Positions 47,727-53,306 of a stretch of DNA of 53,306 nt are shown here, piece after piece. The first letter of the stretch is position 1, and each line of letters begins with the position of its first letter. Below the pieces are notes generated by a model, which saw nothing but the letters and a program-made list of their open reading frames with translations, did no database searches and was not told where the DNA came from. Source of the DNA: Thermoplasmatota archaeon (GTDB taxonomy: Archaea; Thermoplasmatota; Poseidoniia; Poseidoniales; Thalassarchaeaceae); contig JAZADD010000012.1 of assembly GCA_036124005.1 (NCBI GenBank), forward strand, positions 1 to 53,306, in the 5' to 3' direction. A program made the translations under genes and the position numbers.

Positions 47727-48125
47727 TTAGAAGAGCGGTTCGTTGTCATCATGTTCGAATCCAGCTTGTTCTCTCCAAATATCTGTTGGTACCTCATCAT
47801 AGAGGCCAGCATATGGATCAATCTCTTCCTCAACTGCAGTAGGGTGAGCAATCTCACTCACTCGCTTTGGCTTGAATTTCCAATAATGAATCCTCCATTC
47901 TCGACCATCCCAAAGTGTGGTCTCTTCGGATTCTGTGGTGAGAAGTTCGTAGTCCTGAAGTTGATAGAACAAGTTTCTGTCTGTTGGTTCCAATGCGTTG
48001 TCAATGATGCGGTCAGAGAATCCGAAGAAGCCAAGGGCGTGTTCAGCAATGCTCTCTGCAACGTTCTCCTCCATCTCCTCGTCAACGCGACTTCGAATTG
48101 CATCGGTAAGCGTTTTCAATGTCAT
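47727..48125 (-). CDS. Conserved Thermoplasmatota protein (DUF6015-like)
   Basis: FFGFSDRIIDNALEP.DR.LFY.L....LL....EETTL.DGREWRIHYW, recognised from memory of the family; TTAAATA box upstream. Confidence 0.7.
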   Translation of the reverse strand: MTLKTLTDAIRSRVDEEMEENVAESIAEHALGFFGFSDRIIDNALEPTDRNLFYQLQDYELLTTESEETTLWDGREWRIHYWKFKPKRVSEIAHPTAVEEEIDPYAGLYDEVPTDIWREQAGFEHDDNEPLF

Positions 48126-48264
48126 TCCACCGATTTCAATCCCTCCGCAGCACTGTATTATTGGAGGCCGCACTATTTAACCAATCACACGATTTAGGCC
48201 TTTGAAACCGTAATGCCTCCTATTTGAACGCCATGTTCTTCTCTGAGTGCTCGCCCCTCGGGCT

Positions 48265-49185
48265 ATGGTGGAACGAATGACATTCCTCGGTCTCGATGAG
48301 CCTCAAGGCCATCCGGATGTTGTGATTTTACCAATTCCATACGAACTCACAACATCCTATGGGCAAGGTACTGCGAATGGGCCGATGGCGACTATTGAGG
48401 CCTCATCACAGGTTGAGGTGTTTGATTCACGTCTCTCTCAAGACCTTCCTGCTGGGGCCCGCTTCCAAACATTGGCTCCTTGGTCATCTGAGGCCGGGAC
48501 GCTCACGGAGCAACTTACAGAGATTGAAGAACATCTTCGTCCATGGTTGACGAATAATGACATATTTCCATTAATTCTTGGAGGTGAACACGGTCTTCTT
48601 CCGGTGCAGATGAAGGCGATAATCTCTCATCCTGCTTTGGAAGGCGGTCTTTCCAACTTAACAATCGTTCAGTTTGATGCCCATGCAGATCTAAGAGACA
48701 ATCTCGATGGTGAACAGTGGAGCCATGCTTGTGCAGCGCGGAGATCCTTGGACCTAGGTGTTGGCAGAATTATCCAGATTGGAGTTCGTGCTTGGTCGCG
48801 TGAGGAGGCATCACTTTCAGATTCTGATAATCGAATCGAGACACATTTGGCATCCGACTTACTTTCTGTATCTTCAGGTAAATCGAATTGGTCCAATCTT
48901 CTAGATTCTCTACGTTCTATTCGCGGTCCTGTTTGGATTACGGTGGATATTGATGCGTTAGATGCGTCTCTTGTTCCGTCCACGGGCACCCCTGTACCTG
49001 GAGGTTTGTCTTGGTGGCATCTCGAGGAGGCTATGGCTACGATTTTTGAAGCGGCAGATGCAGATGTTCTCGGAGCCGATGTTGTCGAAATAGTTCCAGA
49101 TTCAACAGGTGTTCTAACACCATTTACGGCTGCTCTCATCGCGACTCGCCTCATAGGCGGTCATCTTTTGACACGGATTCGATGA
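48265..49185 (+). CDS. speB: Agmatinase / ureohydrolase
   Basis: GGEH, FDAHADL, SHAC, DIDALD, TGTPVPGG. Confidence 0.9.
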   Translation: MVERMTFLGLDEPQGHPDVVILPIPYELTTSYGQGTANGPMATIEASSQVEVFDSRLSQDLPAGARFQTLAPWSSEAGTLTEQLTEIEEHLRPWLTNNDIFPLILGGEHGLLPVQMKAIISHPALEGGLSNLTIVQFDAHADLRDNLDGEQWSHACAARRSLDLGVGRIIQIGVRAWSREEASLSDSDNRIETHLASDLLSVSSGKSNWSNLLDSLRSIRGPVWITVDIDALDASLVPSTGTPVPGGLSWWHLEEAMATIFEAADADVLGADVVEIVPDSTGVLTPFTAALIATRLIGGHLLTRIR

Positions 49186-49194
49186 AATACGAGA

Positions 49195-49632
49195 ATGAAA
49201 TCGATAAGACCCATGTCGAGTACATCGGATGGCAAGGGGCTAATCCCTCGTGGCTTCCATGTACACCTTGATTGCGTGGGTTACATACCTCCTGTTCCTG
49301 ACGACCATCGTTGGATTCTCGAATTAATTCGTGAGGCTGTACAGAATAGCCATGCTCGTGAAGTTCATGCTCACGTTGTTCCATTTGATGGTTCAGTAAG
49401 TCCCCCTGGATTTGCTGCAGTTGTCCTTATCGATGAAAGTCATGTTACAGCCCACTGCTATTCAGATCGTGGTTTGTTGGCAATTGATGCCTTTACTTGT
49501 GGGAAGACGGAACCGGAGACAGTCATTGATTACCTTCTACAATCGCTTCTCAAGGAGATTCCAACTCTCCAAGTTGTGAATAGAAATCGTATTGCACGCT
49601 TCCTTCACGATTACAACATCGAATCTTCCTGA
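49195..49632 (+). CDS. Pyruvoyl-dependent decarboxylase, S-adenosylmethionine decarboxylase (SpeD/SpeH) family
   Basis: ESH self-cleavage motif (IDESHVTAHCY) and IDAFTCG; substrate not determinable from motifs alone. Confidence 0.88.
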   Translation: MKSIRPMSSTSDGKGLIPRGFHVHLDCVGYIPPVPDDHRWILELIREAVQNSHAREVHAHVVPFDGSVSPPGFAAVVLIDESHVTAHCYSDRGLLAIDAFTCGKTEPETVIDYLLQSLLKEIPTLQVVNRNRIARFLHDYNIESS

Positions 49633-49641
49633 GGTATAGAT

Positions 49642-50571
49642 ATGGATATTCGCTCGTTCATGGAGTCACATTATCGTCATTTTAACGCAGGTGAACTCAC
49701 TCGTTGTACTCGTTCTTTAATCGAGTTCTTGAATGAGGATGGTCAACTTGTACTTGCTCTCGCTGGAGCTCTGTCCACAGCCCAGATTGGGCATTCTCTT
49801 GCACCTGCAATTCGAGCAGGAAAAGTCCATGCTATATCTTGCACAGGCGCCAATCTTGAGGAGGATTTGTTCCTTCTCATCGCTGGAGATGATTACGAGA
49901 GGGTGGAGGATTGGCGAGGTCAGAGCTTAGAGCAGGACCACCATCTATTCCAGCGTGGAATGAACCGTGTGACTGATGTTTGTATCCCTGAGGAGGAGGC
50001 GATTCGTCGTGTAGAATCGATGATGCTTGAGGTTTGGAAGGAAGAGCCAAGATTGCCACATGAGCATCTCTATGCATTGTTGGATCGTATAGACCTCGGA
50101 TCTCGCGCCGAATCATCATGGCTTATTGCAGCGAAAGAAATGGGTATCCCCCTTCTAGTTCCTGGATGGGAGGATTCCACCTTAGGCAACCTGTTTGCTG
50201 CAGCCTGTATCCGTGGTGATATGTCTGTAGATATGATGCGCACCGGTATCGATTACATGGTTGGTTTTGCGGATTGGTATCGTTCCCAAACCAACCCTGT
50301 AGGATTCTTGCAGGTGGGAGGCGGCATTGCAGGAGACTTTCCAATTTGTGTCGTCCCGATGTTGAATCAGGATCTCGGTGCGAAAGTACCACTCTGGTCT
50401 TGGTATGGTCAAATCTCGGAATCATCTACATCATACGGTGGTTATTCTGGAGCTCCTCCCAACGAGAAGATTACATGGGGCAAGATTGGACTTGATACCT
50501 CTAGATTCGTAATCGAGTCAGATGCCACCATTGTTTTGCCACTGATTCTCACCTGTCTTTTAGAATCCTGA
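49642..50571 (+). CDS. Deoxyhypusine synthase-like protein, bacterial (SpeY-like) type
   Basis: HFNA, SCTGANLEED, NRVTD, PGWEDSTLGN, GGGIAGDFPICVVP, YSGAPPNEKITWGK, ESDATIV. Confidence 0.9.
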   Translation: MDIRSFMESHYRHFNAGELTRCTRSLIEFLNEDGQLVLALAGALSTAQIGHSLAPAIRAGKVHAISCTGANLEEDLFLLIAGDDYERVEDWRGQSLEQDHHLFQRGMNRVTDVCIPEEEAIRRVESMMLEVWKEEPRLPHEHLYALLDRIDLGSRAESSWLIAAKEMGIPLLVPGWEDSTLGNLFAAACIRGDMSVDMMRTGIDYMVGFADWYRSQTNPVGFLQVGGGIAGDFPICVVPMLNQDLGAKVPLWSWYGQISESSTSYGGYSGAPPNEKITWGKIGLDTSRFVIESDATIVLPLILTCLLES

Positions 50572-50620
50572 AGACATTAGTCGATGCATAATCTCAAATC
50601 CACATTACCACACCTTCGGT

Positions 50621-51976
50621 GTGATGCGCGGGTTTGCAGTGTTTCTTGCGTTCATCATTACAGCTCCTGTAGTCGTTGCTGCCGACGAAGGAGAATGGCC
50701 TGGATGGCCTGTAGACAACCATGTCCACATGACTTGGGCCGCGATGACAATTGAAGTCAATAACTGGGCAGATGATAATCCAGACATTGTTGACTTAGTT
50801 GATATTGGTAATTCTGAACTTGGAAAAACGCTCTGGGTAGTTCGTTTATCCGATTGGTCTATGGAAACAAAAACCGACGGAAGTCCGAAAGAAGTCATCT
50901 ACATTGATGGAGGACATCATGGCAACGAGTACCTAGGAACTGCTCTAGCATGGCTGTCTGCAAAATGGTATATTGATGGTTGGAACGATGGGAATGAAGA
51001 AGCGATACAAGTATTGCAGAATTCAGAGATTCATGTCCTCATTATGCTCAATCCAGATGGGAACGACTTCGATACGCGTTGGAATATCAACCAAGTCGAT
51101 TTAAATCGAAATTACGATCATTATTGGAACACTTGTCCGACGACGCAACCCGGAACAAGTGCATTTAGTGAATCTGAAACGCTTGCAAATTCGATTTACA
51201 TGAATACGGAAGTTCCGGATGCTGATCTATATGTGACCATGCATACCGGGGTTTGGATTATGCTTTACCCATGGGGTAAATGGCCTGAACAGCCTTCTGA
51301 CTGGGAGTTGTTTCACCAGATTCGCGACGATGTCCATGCAAACATCTCAGATATACCCATTCAAAATGCAAATCAGGGGCTATACCCCAATTGTGGAACA
51401 AGTCGAGATTATGGATATGGTGTTATGGGATTTCCAACATTTACTTTTGAGACCGATGATGAACAGTTTATTCCGGTTTCAGCTGAAGCACTAAATGAAC
51501 GGCTAGAAGAAGAGATGGATGTGATGCGATATCTTATCGAAAATGTATGGTATTGGCGGGCTCGTCTTTCTGTGACTATGCTTGATGTGACTATTGGTGA
51601 GACCGTGTCTCTGGCAGTGGATAATTTGGGCCAAGCCACAACCCTGAATGCTTCGTTGCACTACGAATCTCCCTCTGGAGAGGTCCTTTGGCATTCTGAT
51701 AGTAGATTCGCAGTCAATGCCACCAATTCAACGACATTGACCTTCGATGCATCTAATCTCACTTTAACAGAGGATGGTGGTTTCGTCCTTCACTATCAGA
51801 AGCGGGTCATAGATTCCTCAATGTGGGTTAGTGAACCAGTCAATTCTTCAGTCGTATCCGTGATGGAGCCCGAAATAGGAGGTTTTCTTCCAGGTCCTTC
51901 AGTACTCATCGTCATCACTGGATTCGCTCTAGCAGCTCATCGTCGAGCCTCAGAGTTTGAAGGCGATGTTTTGTAA
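50621..51976 (+). CDS. Secreted M14 zinc carboxypeptidase with C-terminal TM anchor
   Basis: HHGNE (HxxE), NPDG, DLNRN, TMHTG, YPWG, TFE; ends LPGPSVLIVITGFALAAHRR... Confidence 0.92.
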   Translation: MMRGFAVFLAFIITAPVVVAADEGEWPGWPVDNHVHMTWAAMTIEVNNWADDNPDIVDLVDIGNSELGKTLWVVRLSDWSMETKTDGSPKEVIYIDGGHHGNEYLGTALAWLSAKWYIDGWNDGNEEAIQVLQNSEIHVLIMLNPDGNDFDTRWNINQVDLNRNYDHYWNTCPTTQPGTSAFSESETLANSIYMNTEVPDADLYVTMHTGVWIMLYPWGKWPEQPSDWELFHQIRDDVHANISDIPIQNANQGLYPNCGTSRDYGYGVMGFPTFTFETDDEQFIPVSAEALNERLEEEMDVMRYLIENVWYWRARLSVTMLDVTIGETVSLAVDNLGQATTLNASLHYESPSGEVLWHSDSRFAVNATNSTTLTFDASNLTLTEDGGFVLHYQKRVIDSSMWVSEPVNSSVVSVMEPEIGGFLPGPSVLIVITGFALAAHRRASEFEGDVL

Positions 51977-52000
51977 GCCGATTCAGAGAACCTTAGTTCC

Positions 52001-53306
52001 ATGGAATGGAAGGTCACGGATCGCGAAGATACTGGAGATGTAATGCTGTTGCCCTTTTGGCAGTCGAAGTCAAAGCCCCCCCATAATTCATTGAATGGCC
52101 TTACTCGTTCGGCGATAACGAATGTGAAGCGTGCCCTTTCTGGCCAGCGATTCGATGGAAAGGTGGGGTCCACCTTGTCGCTTTGGTCTGATGATTGCCG
52201 CGTGATTCTTATTGGAATGGGGGAGATAGATAATCTGACTCACAAGATCGCTCGTGATGCTGGTGCAAAAGCCATAGCTGGGTTGTCAAAGAAGGATGGA
52301 ACAAATCTTACGGTTCGTTTCACTACAGGATGGAATCTAGAGGCTATGAAGTGGTTTGTCGAGGGTATGATGCTTCGTGACTACGCCTTCCTAAAGTATC
52401 GAAAGAAGGATCGTGAGGAGGCCGAAGAGAAGGGTAACTGGAACCTAACAATTCAGTCTTCTGAGCGTTATCTAACAGATTTGCAGGCAGATATCAAGAC
52501 GATCTCTGCTCGTGTCGAGGGGGTCCATCTCGCACGCGATCTCGGTAATGAGCCCCCAAACCATCTCTATCCAATGACATATGCTGCACGTGCTCAGAAT
52601 TGGGCTAAGGGTAAGAACAACGTAAAAGTCGAGGTTTACGATTGGGAACGCCTCCAAGAGGAAGGTATGGGTGGATTAATCAATGTCGGTAAGGGCAGTT
52701 CTCGAAAGCCTTGCATGGTGATATTCACAGTTAATCCCAATGTGGATCCAAAGGCCAAGGTGCCTTGTATTGTTGGTAAGGGGATTACTTTCGATACTGG
52801 AGGTATTTCGCTTAAACCAGGGGCATCAATGGACGAAATGAAGTATGATATGCATGGGGCTGCCACTGTTTTCGGTCTGATGCACGCACTTCATGCGTCT
52901 GGTCACCGTGGTCGTGTTCACGGTATCGCATGTTTGGCGGAGAACATGCCAAGTGCAGAGGCTTACCGGCCAGGAGATGTCATTCCAACTTATTCAGGTA
53001 AGACAATTGAGGTTCTCAACACTGACGCTGAGGGACGAAATGTTCTCGCGGATGGCCTTTGGAAGTCAGGTGAACTAAATCCAGAGTATGTCATTGATCT
53101 TGCAACATTAACCGGAGCTGTCGTCGTTGCTCTTGGACATGAGGCGACAGGCTTGTGGTCTAACGATGATGACTTGCAGGAGCGTATCCACAAGGCAGGT
53201 AACGCAGAAGATGAAATCGCTTGGAAGATGCCTCTACTGCCTGCCTTCGAGAAGGAGATGACAGGATCGAAGATTGCAGATGTCCGCAATCTTGGCAAGA
53301 GCCGAT
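52001..53306 (+). CDS. pepA: Leucyl aminopeptidase, M17 family (3' end outside the window)
   Basis: Not in the ORF track. Frame from ATG 52001 contains GKGITFDTGG.SLK, MKYDM, NTDAEGR and DLATLTGA. Confidence 0.95.
   Translation, partial: MEWKVTDREDTGDVMLLPFWQSKSKPPHNSLNGLTRSAITNVKRALSGQRFDGKVGSTLSLWSDDCRVILIGMGEIDNLTHKIARDAGAKAIAGLSKKDGTNLTVRFTTGWNLEAMKWFVEGMMLRDYAFLKYRKKDREEAEEKGNWNLTIQSSERYLTDLQADIKTISARVEGVHLARDLGNEPPNHLYPMTYAARAQNWAKGKNNVKVEVYDWERLQEEGMGGLINVGKGSSRKPCMVIFTVNPNVDPKAKVPCIVGKGITFDTGGISLKPGASMDEMKYDMHGAATVFGLMHALHASGHRGRVHGIACLAENMPSAEAYRPGDVIPTYSGKTIEVLNTDAEGRNVLADGLWKSGELNPEYVIDLATLTGAVVVALGHEATGLWSNDDDLQERIHKAGNAEDEIAWKMPLLPAFEKEMTGSKIADVRNLGKSR

Noticed and set aside
52472-53298. 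Several short ORFs at the window end
   Set aside because: Shadows of the pepA frame, which is open from 52001 to the window edge.
1-53306. CRISPR arrays, rRNA, IS elements, tRNA introns, inteins in PolB or SNF2
   Set aside because: No spaced direct repeats, transposase or intein motifs seen; the three tRNAs have uninterrupted 7-nt anticodon loops.

Overview
Gene-dense archaeal chromosomal segment, most consistent with Marine Group II Thermoplasmatota (Ca. Poseidoniales). This placement is inferred from aEF-1alpha/uS10/eS8/SRP19/Sec61beta/GINS/PolB, a DUF6015-like protein, many large acidic membrane-anchored surface proteins and several bacterial-type metabolic genes. It holds about 44 CDS and 3 intron-less tRNAs (Ser-TGA, Leu-CAA, Gly-GCC); I saw no CRISPR, rRNA or clear mobile element. 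Content includes an A1-type heme-copper oxidase operon (coxB-A-C-D), XerA, a SNF2 helicase, an m5C RNA methyltransferase, a polyamine cluster (agmatinase, pyruvoyl decarboxylase, bacterial-type DHS) and peptidases. The best candidate for an undescribed system is 21930-25446: a membrane-anchored SAP-domain protein, a Soj/ParA ATPase and a 148-aa protein carrying the ParB 'LGRGL' ParA-activating peptide but no recognisable ParB domain. Other highlights are a CoxA fused to an extracellular CxCH domain, a cysteine-free Mrp/NBP35 whose CxxC loop is replaced by an insert, and an NSUN2/Trm4-like methyltransferase. All family calls come from motif recognition by eye; no searches were run.
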